Shown one piece after another: positions 63,769 to 64,000 of a stretch of DNA of 64,000 nt (position 1 is the stretch's first letter; each line of letters begins with the position of its first letter). This DNA is from Saccostrea echinata (Eukaryota): the NCBI RefSeq assembly GCF_033153115.1, contig NW_026889764.1, positions 13,454,001-13,518,000 on the forward strand, read 5' to 3'. The notes beneath the pieces are model-generated. The model was given only the letters and a program-made list of their open reading frames with translations. It did not search any database and was not told the DNA's origin. Both the position numbers and the translations under genes were made by a program.

Positions 63769-64000
63769 CTGTACCGAACAGTAGATTGGTAATTAAGGTC
63801 GACATTTACATAGAATTAGTAAAACTATATTGCTAGCTGCCTCTCATATCAAAATTGAAGTCACATTTCCCAGTTTTTAAGGTCAAGATCTAGTTAACTG
63901 GAGGATGCCTACAGATTTCTCAAACTTGAGAAATTCGAGTTCTTTTAGTGATCCTTTACAAATATAGCTTGGTAAAATAGAGTGTATCGGGACATAATTT

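Overview
AT-rich eukaryotic (animal) genomic DNA with GT-AG introns and two N-gaps (14904-15052, 21728-21895). The repeat families suggest a bivalve mollusc, probably an oyster (inference). Genes read from the sequence: the 5' part of an intronless LRR/Toll-like receptor running off the left edge and missed by the ORF track (minus, <2-1168); an intronless class A GPCR (8310-9437); an intronless AMP-binding acyl-CoA synthetase (minus, 22234-23922); REXO4 (minus, 7 coding exons) head-to-head with an RPA34/POLR1G-like Pol I subunit gene (plus, 8 exons); short-form ALG13 (4 exons) followed closely by a single-coding-exon TMEM186; a perlucin-like C-type lectin (minus); and the 3' end of an ITIH-C-terminal-like gene (minus). 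The rest is dense with TEs: V-domain tRNA SINEs, Penelope-like and LINE RT fragments, mariner, Kolobok-like, Sola2-like and 5-bp-TSD MITEs, Helentron-type elements with ~150-bp tandem monomers, minisatellite MITEs and several hairpins. I see no CRISPR array or prokaryotic system and cannot claim a wholly new system. The best leads are possible ALG13-TMEM186 transcriptional coupling or fusion, the REXO4/POLR1G divergent pair, widespread TACATGTA excision-footprint-like scars, and a 263-bp duplication bracketing a one-ended element. All coordinates, translations and counts were done by eye.
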